64,000 nt of DNA from positions 19,902,001 through 19,966,000 of the forward strand of contig OZ059898.1 of NCBI GenBank assembly GCA_964057225.1, written 5' to 3'. Under the pieces are notes generated by a model. That model made no database searches and had not been told where the DNA came from. It saw only the letters and a list, made by a program, of their open reading frames with translations. Positions 25,701-39,339 of the stretch are shown piece after piece. This DNA comes from Auanema rhodensis (Eukaryota > Animalia > Nematoda). The position numbers and the translations under genes are program-made. Position 1 is the stretch's first letter; the number at the start of each line of letters is the position of its first letter.

Positions 25701-28700
25701 AGTTATGATCGTTTGAAAAATGATGCATTAGTGTATTTTGAGTTTCCATGTACATTCAACATTGCTTCCAAAAACATTTTGACAAAAATTTTTCCGAAAA
25801 ATTTCAAAATAATTTCGCAAAAAGTAGATGTTTTTAGATTTTTTTTTTCAAGGCAAAGACGATGGACAAGGTTATTCAACGAAAAAATTAATTCTTCAGG
25901 GTGAAAATCGAGGATATAAGTGTGAACTTATATCAGTTGATATCTCGGTGCATTTTTAAGCTAGCGCAAATCTGATAACACAGATCGACGCAGCTTAAAA
26001 ATTCGCATCGAGTGCACTATACTACATTGAGAAACGCTTGATACAAAAATTAGTTATGATCGTTTGAAAAATGATGCATTAGTGTATTTTGAGTTTCCAT
26101 GTACATTCAACATTGCTTCCAAAAACATTTTGACAAAAATTTTTCCGAAAAATTTCAAAATAATTTCGCAAAAAGTAGATGTTTTTAGATTTTTTTTTTC
26201 AAGGCAAAGACGATGGACAAGGTTATTCAACGAAAAAATTGATTCTTCAGGGTGAAAATCGAGGATATAAGTGTGAACTTATATCAGTTGATATCTCGGT
26301 GCATTTTTCAGCTAGCGCAAATCTGATAACACAGATCGACGCAGCTTAAAAATCCGCATCGAATGCACTATACTACATTGAGAAACGCTTGATACAAAAA
26401 TTAGTTATGATCGTTTGAAAAATGATGCATTAGTGTATTTTGAGTTTCCATGTACACTCAACATTGCTTCCAAAAACATTTTGACAAAAATTTTTCCGAA
26501 AAATTTCAAAATAATTTCGCAAAAAGTAGATGTTTTTAGATTTTTTTTTTTCAAGGCAAAGACGATGGACAATGTTATTCAACGAAAAAATTAATTCTTC
26601 AGGGTGAAAATCGAGGATATAAGTGTGAACTTATATCAGTTGATATCTCGGTGCATTTTTAAGCTAGCACAAATCTGATAACACAGATCGACGCAGCTTA
26701 AAAATCCGCATCGAGTGCACTATACTACATTGAGAAACGCTTGATACAAAAATTAGTTATGATCGTTTGAAAAATGATGCATTAGTGTATTTTGAGTTTC
26801 CATGTACATTCAACATTGCTTCCAAAAACATTTTGACAAAAATTTTTCCGAAAAATTTCAAAATAATTTCGCAAAAAGTAGATGTTTTTAGATTTTTTTT
26901 TTCAAGGCAAAGACGATGGACAAGGTTATTCAACGAAAAAATTGATTCTTCAGGGTGAAAATCGAGGATATAAGTGTGAACTTATATCAGTTGATATCTC
27001 GGTGCATTTTTCAGCTAGCGCAAATCTGATAACACAGATCGACGCAGCTTAAAAATCCGCATCGAATGCACTATACTACATTGAGAAACGCTTGATACAA
27101 AAATTAGTTATGATCGTTTGAAAAATGATGCATTAGTGTATTTTGAGTTTCCATGTACATTCAACATTGCTTCCAAAAACATTTTGACAAAAATTTTTCC
27201 GAAAAATTTCAAAATAATTTCGCAAAAAGTAGATGTTTTTAGATTTTGTTTTTCAAGGCAAAGACGATGGACAAGGTTATTCAACGAAAAAATTGATTCT
27301 TCAGGGTGAAAATCGAGGATATAAGTGTGAACTTATATCAGTTGATATCTCGGTGCATTTTTCAGCTAGCGCAAATCTGATAACACAGATCGACGCAGCT
27401 TAAAAATCCGCATCGAATGCACTATACTACATTGAGAAACGCTTGATACAAAAATTAGTTATGATCGTTTGAAAAATGATGCATTAGTGTATTTTGAGTT
27501 TCCATGTACACTCAACATTGCTTCCAAAAACATTTTGACAAAAATTTTTCCGAAAAATTTCAAAATAATTTCGCAAAAAGTAGATGTTTTTAGATTTTTT
27601 TTTTCAAGGCAAAGACGATGGACAATGTTATTCAACGAAAAAATTAATTCTTCAGGGTGAAAATCGAGGATATAAGTGTGAACTTATATCAGTTGATATC
27701 TCGGTGCATTTTTAAGCTAGCACAAATCTGATAACACAGATCGACGCAGCTTAAAAATCCGCATCGAGTGCACTATACTACATTGAGAAACGCTTGATAC
27801 AAAAATTAGTTATGATCGTTTGAAAAATGATGCATTAGTGTATTTTGAGTTTCCATGTACATTCAACATTGCTTCCAAAAACATTTTGACAAAAATTTTT
27901 CCGAAAAATTTCAAAATAATTTCGCAAAAAGTAGATGTTTTTAGATTTTTTTTTTCAAGGCAAAGACGATGGACAAGGTTATTCAACGAAAAAATTGATT
28001 CTTCAGGGTGAAAATCGAGGATATAAGTGTGAACTTATATCAGTTGATATCTCGGTGCATTTTTCAGCTAGCGCAAATCTGATAACACAGATCGACGCAG
28101 CTTAAAAATCCGCATCGAATGCACTATACTACATTGAGAAACGCTTGATACAAAAATTAGTTATGATCGTTTGAAAAATGATGCATTAGTGTATTTTGAG
28201 TTTCCATGTACATTCAACATTGCTTCCAAAAACATTTTGACAAAAATTTTTCCGAAAAATTTCAAAATAATTTCGCAAAAAGTAGATGTTTTTAGATTTT
28301 TTTTTTCAAGGCAAAGACGATGGACAAGGTTATTCAACGAAAAAATTGATTCTTCAGGGTGAAAATCGAGGATATAAGTGTGAACTTATATCAGTTGATA
28401 TCTCGGTGCATTTTTAAGCTAGCGCAAATCTGATAACACAGATCGACGCAGCTTAAAAATCCGCATCGAGTGCACTATACTACATTGAGAAACGCTTGAT
28501 ACAAAAATTAGTTATGATCGTTTGAAAAATGATGCATTAGTGTATTTTGAGTTTCCATGTACATTCAACATTGCTTCCAAAAACATTTTGACAAAAATTT
28601 TTCCGAAAAATTTCAAAATAATTTCGCAAAAAGTAGATGTTTTTAGATTTTTTTTTTCAAGGCAAAGACGATGGACAAGGTTATTCAACGAAAAAATTGA

Positions 28701-31700
28701 TTCTTCAGGGTGAAAATCGAGGATATAAGTGTGAACTTATATCAGTTGATATCTCGGTGCATTTTTCAGCTAGCGCAAATCTGATAACACAGATCGACGC
28801 AGCTTAAAAATCCGCATCGAATGCACTATACTACATTGAGAAACGCTTGATACAAAAATTAGTTATGATCGTTTGAAAAATGATGCATTAGTGTATTTTG
28901 AGTTTCCATGTACATTCAACATTGCTTCCAAAAACATTTTGACAAAAATTTTTCCGAAAAATTTCAAAATAATTTCGCAAAAAGTAGATGTTTTTAGATT
29001 TTTTTTTTCAAGGCAAAGACGATGGACAAGGTTATTCAACGAAAAAATTGATTCTTCAGGGTGAAAATCGAGGATATAAGTGTGAACTTATATCAGTTGA
29101 TATCTCGGTGCATTTTTCAGCTAGCGCAAATCTGATAACACAGATCGACGCAGCTTAAAAATCCGCATCGAATGCACTATACTACATTGAGAAACGCTTG
29201 ATACAAAAATTAGTTATGATCGTTTGAAAAATGATGCATTAGTGTATTTTGAGTTTCCATGTACATTCAACATTGCTTCCAAAAACATTTTGACAAAAAT
29301 TTTTCCGAAAAATTTCAAAATAATTTCGCAAAAAGTAGATGTTTTTAGATTTTTTTTTTCAAGGCAAAGACGATGGACAAGGTTATTCAACGAAAAAATT
29401 GATTCTTCAGGGTGAAAATCGAGGATATAAGTGTGAACTTATATCAGTTGATATCTCGGTGCATTTTTCAGCTAGCGCAAATCTGATAACACAGATCGAC
29501 GCAGCTTAAAAATCCGCATCGAATGCACTATACTACATTGAGAAACGCTTGATACAAAAATTAGTTATGATCGTTTGAAAAATGATGCATTAGTGTATTT
29601 TGAGTTTCCATGTACACTCAACATTGCTTCCAAAAACATTTTGACAAAAATTTTTCCGAAAAATTTCAAAATAATTTCGCAAAAAGTAGATGTTTTTAGA
29701 TTTTTTTTTTCAAGGCAAAGACGATGGACAATGTTATTCAACGAAAAAATTAATTCTTCAGGGTGAAAATCGAGGATATAAGTGTGAACTTATATCAGTT
29801 GATATCTCGGTGCATTTTTAAGCTAGCACAAATCTGATAACACAGATCGACGCAGCTTAAAAATCCGCATCGAGTGCACTATACTACATTGAGAAACGCT
29901 TGATACAAAAATTAGTTATGATCGTTTGAAAAATGATGCATTAGTGTATTTTGAGTTTCCATGTACATTCAACATTGCTTCCAAAAACATTTTGACAAAA
30001 ATTTTTCCGAAAAATTTCAAAATAATTTCGCAAAAAGTAGATGTTTTTAGATTTTTTTTTTCAAGGCAAAGACGATGGACAAGGTTATTCAACGAAAAAA
30101 TTGATTCTTCAGGGTGAAAATCGAGGATATAAGTGTGAACTTATATCAGTTGATATCTCGATGCATTTTTCAGCTAGCGCAAATCTGATAACACAGATCG
30201 ACGCAGCTTAAAAATCCGCATCGAATGCACTATACTACATTGAGAAACGCTTGATACAAAAATTAGTTATGATCGTTTGAAAAATGATGCATTAGTGTAT
30301 TTTGAGTTTCCATGTACATTCAACATTGCTTCCAAAAACATTTTGACAAAAATTTTTCCGAAAAATTTCAAAATAATTTCGCAAAAAGTAGATGTTTTTA
30401 GATTTTTTTTTTCAAGGCAAAGACGATGGACAAGGTTATTCAACGAAAAAATTGATTCTTCAGGGTGAAAATCGAGGATATAAGTGTGAACTTATATCAG
30501 TTGATATCTCGGTGCATTTTTCAGCTAGCGCAAATCTGATAACACAGATCGACGCAGCTTAAAAATCCGCATCGAATGCACTATACTACATTGAGAAACG
30601 CTTGATACAAAAATTAGTTATGATCGTTTGAAAAATGATGCATTAGTGTATTTTGAGTTTCCATGTACATTCAACATTGCTTCCAAAAACATTTTGACAA
30701 AAATTTTTCCGAAAAATTTCAAAATAATTTCGCAAAAAGTAGATGTTTTTAGTTTTTTTTTTTCAAGGCAAAGACGATGGACAATGTTATTCAACGAAAA
30801 AATTAATTCTTCAGGGTGAAAATCGAGGATATAAGTGTGAACTTATATCAGTTGATATCTCGGTGCATTTTCAAGCTAGCGCAAATCTAATAACACAGAT
30901 CGACGCAGCTTAAAAATCTGCATCGAATGCACTATACTACATTGAGAAACGCTTAATACAAAAATTAGTTATGATCGTTTGGAAAATGATGCATTAGTGT
31001 ATGTTGAGTTTCCATGTACACTCAACATTGCTTCCAAAAACATTTTGACAAAAAATTTTCCGAAAAATTTCAAAATAATTTTGCAAAAAGTAGATGTTTT
31101 TAGATTTTTTTTTTCAAGGCAAAGACGATGGACAAGGTTATTCAACGAAAAAATTAATTCTTCAGGGTGAAAATCGAGGATATAAGTGTGATTTTATATC
31201 AGTTGATATCTCGGTGCATTTTTAAGCTAGCGCAAATCTGATAACACAGATCGACGCAGCTTAAAAATCCGCATCGAATGCACTATACTACATTGAGAAA
31301 CGCTTGATACAAACATTAGTTATGATCGTTTGAAAAATGATGCATTAGTGTATTTTGAGTTTCCATGTACACTCAACATTGCTTCCAAAAACATTTTGAC
31401 AAAAATTTTTCCGAAAAATTTCAAAATAATTTCGCAAAAAGTAGATGTTTTTAGATTTTTTTTTTCAAGGCAAAGACGATGGACAAGGTTATTCAACGAA
31501 AAAATTAATTCTTCAGGGTGAAAATCGAGGATATAAGTGTGAACATATATCAGTTGATATCTCGGTGCATTTTTAAGCTAGCGCAAATCTGATAACACAG
31601 ATCGATGCAGCTTAAAAATCCGCATCGAATGCACTATACTACATTGAGAAACGCTTGATACAAAAATTAGTTATGATCGTTTGAAAAATGATGCATTATT

Positions 31701-34700
31701 GTATTTTGAGTTTCCATGTACACTCAACATTGCTTCCAAAAACATTTTGACAAAAATTTTTCCGAAAAATTTCAAAATAATTTCGCAAAAAGTAGATGTT
31801 TTTAGATTTTTTTTTTCAAGGCAAAGACGATAGACAATGTTATTCAACGAAAAAATTAATTCTTCAGGGTGAAAATCGAGGATATAAGTGTGAACTTATA
31901 TCAGTTGATATCTCGGTGCATTTTCAAGCTAGCGCAAATCTAATAACACAGATCGACGCAGCTTAAAAATCTGCATCGAATGCACTATACTACATTGAGA
32001 AACGCTTAATACAAAAATTAGTTATGATCGTTTGGAAAATGATGCATTAGTGTATGTTGAGTTTCCATGTACACTCAACATTGCTTCCAAAAACATTTTG
32101 ACAAAAATTTTTCCGAAAAATTTCAAAATAATTTTGCAAAAAGTAGATGTTTTTAGATTTTTTTTTTCAAGGCAAAGACGATGGACAAGGTTATTCAACG
32201 AAAAAATTAATTCTTCAGGGTGAAAATCGAGGATATAAGTGTGAACATATATCAGTTGATATCTCGGTGCATTTTCAAGCTAGCGCAAATCTAATAACAC
32301 AGATCGACGCAGCTTAAAAATCTGCATCGAATGCACTATACTACATTAAGAAACGCTTAATACAAAAATTAGTTATGATCGTTTGGAAAATGATGCATTA
32401 GTGTATGTTGAGTTTCCATGTACACTCAACATTGCTTCCAAAAACATTTTGACAAAAATTTTTCCGAAAAATTTCAAGATAATTTTGCAAAAAGTAGATG
32501 TTTTTAGATTTTTTTTTTCAAGGCAAAGACGATGGACAAGGTTATTCAACGAAAAAATTAATTCTTCAGGGTGAAAATCGAGGATATAAGTGTGAACTTA
32601 TATCAGTTGATATCTCGGTGCATTTTTAAGCTAGCGCAAATCTGATAACTCAGATCGATGCAGCTTAAAAATCCGCATCGAATGCACTATACTACATTGA
32701 GAAACGCTTGATACAAAAATTAGTTATGATCGTTTGAAAAATGATGCATTAGTGTATTTTGAGTTTCCATGTACACTCAACATTGCTTCCAAAAACATTT
32801 TGACAAAAATTTTTCCGAAAAATTTCAAAATAATTTCGCAAAAAGTAGATGTTTTTAGATTTTTTTTTTCAAGGCAAAGACGATGGACAATGTTATTCAA
32901 CGAAAAAATTAATTCTTCAGGGTGAAAATCGAGGATATAAGTGTGAACTTATATCAGTTGATATCTCGGTGCATTTTCAAGCTAGCGCAAATCTAATAAC
33001 ACAGATCGACGCAGCTTAAAAATCTGCATCGAATGCACTATACTACATTGAGAAACGCTTAATACAAAAATTAGTTATGATCGTTTGGAAAATGATGCAT
33101 TAGTGTATGTTGAGTTTCCATGTATGTACACTCAACATTGCTTCCAAAAACATTTTGACAAAAATTTTTTCGAAAAATTTCAAAATAATTTCGCAAAAAG
33201 TAAATGTTTTTAGATTTCTTTTTTCAAGGCAAAGACGATGGACGATGTTATTCAACAAAAAAATTAATTCTTCAGGGTGAAAATCGAGGATATAAGTGTG
33301 AACTTATATCAGTTGATATCTCGGTGCATTTTTAAGCTAGCGCAAATCTGATAACACAGATCGACGCAGCTTAAAAATGCGCATCGAATGCACTATACTA
33401 CATTTAGAAACGCTTGATACAAAAATTAGTTATGATCGTTTGAAAATGATGCATTAGTGTATTTTGAGTTTCCATGTACACTCAACATTGCTTCCAAAAA
33501 CATTTTGACAAAAATTTTTCCGAAAAATTTCAAAATAATTTCGCAAAAAGTAGATGTTTTTAGATTTTTTTTTCAAGGCAAAGACGATGGACGATGTTAT
33601 TCAACAAAAAAATTAATTCTTCAGGGTGAAAATCGAGGATATAAGTGTGAACTTATATCAGTTGATATCTCGGTGCATTTTTAAGCTAGCGCAAATCTGA
33701 TAACACAGATCGACGCAGCTTAAAAATCCGCATCGAATGCACTATACTACATTGAGAAACGCTTGATACAAAAATTAGTTACGATCGTTTGAAAATGATG
33801 CATTAGTGTATTTTGAGTTTCCATGTACACTCAACATTGCTTCCAAAACATTTTGACAAAAATTTTTCCGAAAAATTTCAAAATAATTTTGCAAAAAGTA
33901 GATGTTTTTAGATTTTTTTTTTCAAGGCAAAGACGATGGACAAGGTTATTCAACGAAAAAATTAATTCTTCAGGGTGAAAATCGAGGATATAAGTGTGAA
34001 CTTATATCAGTTGATATCTCGGTGCATTTTTAAGCTAGCGCAAATCTGATAACACAGATCGACGCAGCTTAAAAATCCGCATCGAAAGCACTATACTACA
34101 TTGAGAAACGCTTGATACAAAAATTAGTTATGATCGTTTGAAAAATGATGCATTAGTGTATTTTGAGTTTCCATGTACACTCAACATTGCTTCCAAAAAC
34201 ATTTTGACAAAAATTTTTCCGAAAAATTTCAAAATAATTTCGCAAAAAGTAGATGTTTTTAGATTTTTTTTTTCAAGGCAAAGACGATGGACAAGGTTAT
34301 TCAACGAAAAAATTGATTCTTCCGGGTGAAAATCGAGGATATAAGTGTGAACTTATATCAGTTGATATCTCAGTGCATTTTTCAGCTAGCGCAAATCTGA
34401 TAACACAGATCGACGCAGCTTAAAAATCCGCATCGAATGCACTATACTACATTGAGAAACGCTTGATACAAAAATTAGTTATGATCGTTTGAAAAATGAT
34501 GCATTAGTGTATTTTGAGTTTCCATGTACACTCAACATTGCTTCCAAAAACATTTTGACAAAAATTTTTCCGAAAAATTTCAAAATAATTTCGCAAAAAG
34601 TAGATGTTTTTAGATTTTTTTTTTCAAGGCAAAGACGATGGACAAGGTTATTCAACGAAAAAATTAATTCTTCAGGGTGAAAATCGAGGATATAAGTGTG

Positions 34701-37700
34701 AACATATATCAGTTGATATCTCGGTGCATTTTTAAGCTAGCGCAAATCTGATAACACAGATCGATGCAGCTTAAAAATCCGCATCGAATGCACTATACTA
34801 CATTGAGAAACGCTTGATACAAAAATTAGTTATGATCGTTTGAAAAATGATGCATTAGTGTATTTTGAGTTTCCATGTACACTCAACATTGCTTCCAAAA
34901 ACATTTTGACAAAAATTTTTCCGAAAAATTTCAAAATAATTTCGCAAAAAGTAGATGTTTTTAGATTTTTTTTTTCAAGGCAAAGACGATGGACAAGGTT
35001 ATTCAACGAAAAAATTGATTCTTCCGGGTGAAAATCGAGGATATAAGTGTGAACTTATATCAGTTGATATCTCAGTGCATTTTTCAGCTAGCGCAAATAT
35101 GATAACACAGATCGACGCAGCTTAAAAATCCGCATCGAATGCACTATACTACATTGAGAAACGCTTGATACAAAAATTAGTTATGACCGTTTGAAAAATG
35201 ATGCATTAGTGTATTTTGAGTTTGCATGTACACTCAACATTGCTTCCAAAAACATTTTGACAAAAATTTTTCCGAAAAATTTCAAAATAATTTCGCAAAA
35301 AGTAGATGTTTTTAGATTTTTTTTTTCAAGGCAAAGACGATGAACAATGTTATTCAACGAAAAAATTAATTCTTCAGGGTGAAAATCGAGGATATAAGTG
35401 TGAACTTATATCAGTTGATATCTCGGTGCATTTTCAAGCTAGCGCAAATCTAATAACACAGATCGACGCAGCTTAAAAATCTGCATCGAATGCACTATAC
35501 TACATTGAGAAACGCTTAATACAAAAATTAGTTATGATCGTTTGGAAAATGATGCATTAGTGTATGTTGAGTTTCCATGTACACTCAACATTGCTTCCAA
35601 AAACATTTTGACAAAAAATTTTCCGAAAAATTTCAAAATAATTTTGCAAAAAGTAGATGTTTTTAGATTTTTTTTTTCAAGGCAAAGACGATGGACAAGG
35701 TTATTCAACGAAAAAATTAATTCTTCAGGGTGAAAATCGAGGATATAAGTGTGAACTTATATCAGTTGATATCTCGGTGCATTTTTCAGCTAGCGCAAAT
35801 CTGATAACACAGATCGATGCAGCTTAAAAATCCGCATCGAATGCACTATACTACATTGAGAAACGCTCGATACAAAAATTAGTTATGATCGTTTGAAAAA
35901 TGATGCATTAGTGTATTTTGAGTTTCCATGTACACTCAACATTGCTTCCAAAAACATTTTGACAAAAATTTTTCCGAAAAATTTCAAAATAATTTCGCAA
36001 AAAGTAGATGTTTTTAGATTTTTTTTTTCAAGGCAAAGACGATGGACAAGGTTATTCAACGAAAAAATTGATTCTTCCGGGTGAAAATCGAGGATATAAG
36101 TGTGAACTTATATCAGTTGATATCTCAGTGCATTTTTCAGCTAGCGCAAATCTGATAACACAGATCGACGCAGCTTAAAAATCCGCATCGAATGCACTAT
36201 ACTACATTGAGAAACGCTTGATACAAAAATTAGTTATGATCGTTTGAAAAATGATGCATTAGTGTATTTTGAGTTTCCATGTACACTCAACATTGCTTCC
36301 AAAAACATTTTGACAAAAATTTTTCCGAAAAATTTCAAAATAATTTCGCAAAAAGTAGATGTTTTTAGATTTTTTTTTTCAAGGCAAAGACGATGGACAA
36401 GGTTATTCAACGAAAAAATTAATTCTTCAGGGTGAAAATCGAGGATATAAGTGTGAACATATATCAGTTGATATCTCGGTGCATTTTTAAGCTAGCGCAA
36501 ATCTGATAACACAGATCGATGCAGCTTAAAAATCCGCATCGAATGCACTATACTACATTGAGAAACGCTCGATACAAAAATTAGTTATGATCGTTTGAAA
36601 AATGATGCATTAGTGTATTTTGAGTTTCCATGTACACTCAACATTGCTTCCAAAAACATTTTGACAAAAATTTTTCCGAAAAATTTCAAAATAATTTCGC
36701 AAAAAGTAGATGTTTTTAGATTTTTTTTTTCAAGGCAAAGACGATGGACAAGGTTATTCAACGAAAAAATTGATTCTTCCGGGTGAAAATCGAGGATATA
36801 AGTGTGAACTTATATCAGTTGATATCTCAGTGCATTTTTCAGCTAGCGCAAATCTGATAACACAGATCGACGCAGCTTAAAAATCCGCATCGAATGCACT
36901 ATACTACATTGAGAAACGCTTGATACAAAAATTAGTTATGATCGTTTGAAAAATGATGCATTAGTGTATTTTGAGTTTCCATGTACACTCAACATTGCTT
37001 CCAAAAACATTTTGACAAAAATTTTTCCGAAAAATTTCAAAATAATTTCGCAAAAAGTAGATGTTTTTAGATTTTTTTTTTCAAGGCAAAGACGATGGAC
37101 AAGGTTATTCAACGAAAAAATTAATTCTTCAGGGTGAAAATCGAGGATATAAGTGTGAACATATATCAGTTGATATCTCGGTGCATTTTTAAGCTAGCGC
37201 AAATCTGATAACACAGATCGATGCAGCTTAAAAATCCGCATCGAATGCACTATACTACATTGAGAAACGCTTGATACAAAAATTAGTTATGATCGTTTGA
37301 AAAATGATGCAATAGTGTATTTTGAGTTTCCATGTACACTCAACATTGCTTCCAAAAACATTTTGACAAAAATTTTTCCGAAAAATTTCAAAATAATTTC
37401 GCAAAAAGTAGATGTTTTTAGATTTTTTTTTTCAAGGCAAAGACGATGGACAATGTTATTCAACGAAAAAATTAATTCTTCAGGGTGAAAATCGAGGATA
37501 TAAGTGTGAACTTATATCAGTTGATATCTCGGTGCATTTTCAAGCTAGCGCAAATCTAATAACACAGATCGACGCAGCTAAAAAATCTGCATCGAATGCA
37601 CTATACTACATTGAGAAACGCTTAATACAAAAATTAGTTATGATCGTTTGGAAAATGATGCATTAGTGTATGTTGAGTTTCCATGTATGTACACTCAACA

Positions 37701-39339
37701 TTGCTTCCAAAAACATTTTGACAAAAATTTTTTCGAAAAATTTCAAAATAATTTCGCAAAAAGTAAATGTTTTTAGATTTCTTTTTTCAAGGCAAAGACG
37801 ATGGACGATGTTATTCAACAAAAAAATTAATTCTTCAGGGTGAAAATCGAGGATATAAGTGTGAACTTATATCAGTTGATATCTCGGTGCATTTTTAAGC
37901 TAGCGCAAATCTGATAACACAGATCGACGCAGCTTAAAAATGCGCATCGAATGCACTATACTACATTGAGAAACGCTTGATACAAAAATTAGTTATGATC
38001 GTTTGAAAATGATGCATTAGTGTATTTTGAGTTTCCATGTACACTCAACATTGCTTCCAAAAACATTTTGACAAAAATTTTTCCGAAAAATTTCAAAATA
38101 ATTTCGCAAAAAGTAGATGTTTTTAGATTTTTTTTTCAAGGCAAAGACGATGGACAAGGTTATTCAACGAAAAAATTAATTCTTCAGGGTGAAAATCGAG
38201 GATATAAGTGTGAACTTATATCAGTTTATATCTCGGTGCATTTTCAAGCTAGCGCAAATCTAATAACACAGATCGACGCAGCTTAAAAATCCGCATCGAA
38301 TGCACTATACTACATTGAGAAACGCTTGATACAAAAATTAGTTATGATCGTTTGAAAAATGATGCATTAGTGTATTTTGAGTTTCCATGTACACTCAACA
38401 TTGCTTCCAAAAACATTTTGACAAAATTTTTTTCGAAAAATTTCAAAATAATTTCGCAAACAGTAGATGTTTTTAGATTTTTTTTTTCAAGGCAAAGACG
38501 ATGGACAAGGTTATTCAACGAAAAAATTAATTCTTCAGGGTGAAAATCGAGGATATAAGTGTGAACTTATATCAGTTGATATCTCGGTGCATTTTTAAGC
38601 TAGCGCAAATCTGATAACACAGATCGACGCAGCTTAAAAATCCGCATCGAAAGCACTATACTACATTGAGAAACGCTTGATACAAAAATTAGTTATGATC
38701 GTTTGAAAAATGATGCATTAGTGTATTTTGAGTTTCCATGTACACTCAACATTGCTTCCAAAAACATTTTGACAAAATTTTTTTCGAAAAATTTCAAAAT
38801 AATTTCGCAAACAGTAGATGTTTTTAGATTTTTTTTTTCAAGGCAAAGACGATGGACGATGTTATTCAACAAAAAAATTAATTCTTCAGGGTGAAAATCG
38901 AGGATATATGTGTGAACTTATATCAGTTGATATCTCGGTGCATTTTTAAGCTAGCGCAAATCTGATAACACAGATCGACGCAGCTTAAAAATCCGCATCG
39001 AATGCACTATACTACATTGAGAAACGCTTGATACAAAAATTAGTTACGATCGTTTGAAAATGATGCATTAGTGTATTTTGAGTTTCCATGTACACTCAAC
39101 ATTGCTTCCAAAACATTTTGACAAAAATTTTTCCGAAAAATTTCAAAATAATTTTGCAAAAAGTAGATGTTTTTAGATTTTTTTTTTCAAGGCAAAGACG
39201 ATGGACAAGGTTATTCAACGAAAAAATTAATTCTTCAGGGTGAAAATCGAGGATATAAGTGTGAACATATATCAGTTGATATCTCGGTGCATTTTTAAGC
39301 TAGCGCAAATCTGATAACACAGATCGACGCAGCTTAAAA

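Larger units (their letters stand above)
1..30670. repeat. Subfamily domain I (monomers frequently carrying GTACATTC and GCATCGAGTG alleles)
   Basis: ACATTC (the 'FNI' reading in the ORF track) is last seen at 30670 and CGAGTG at about 29874. I did not see either allele afterwards. Confidence 0.85.
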
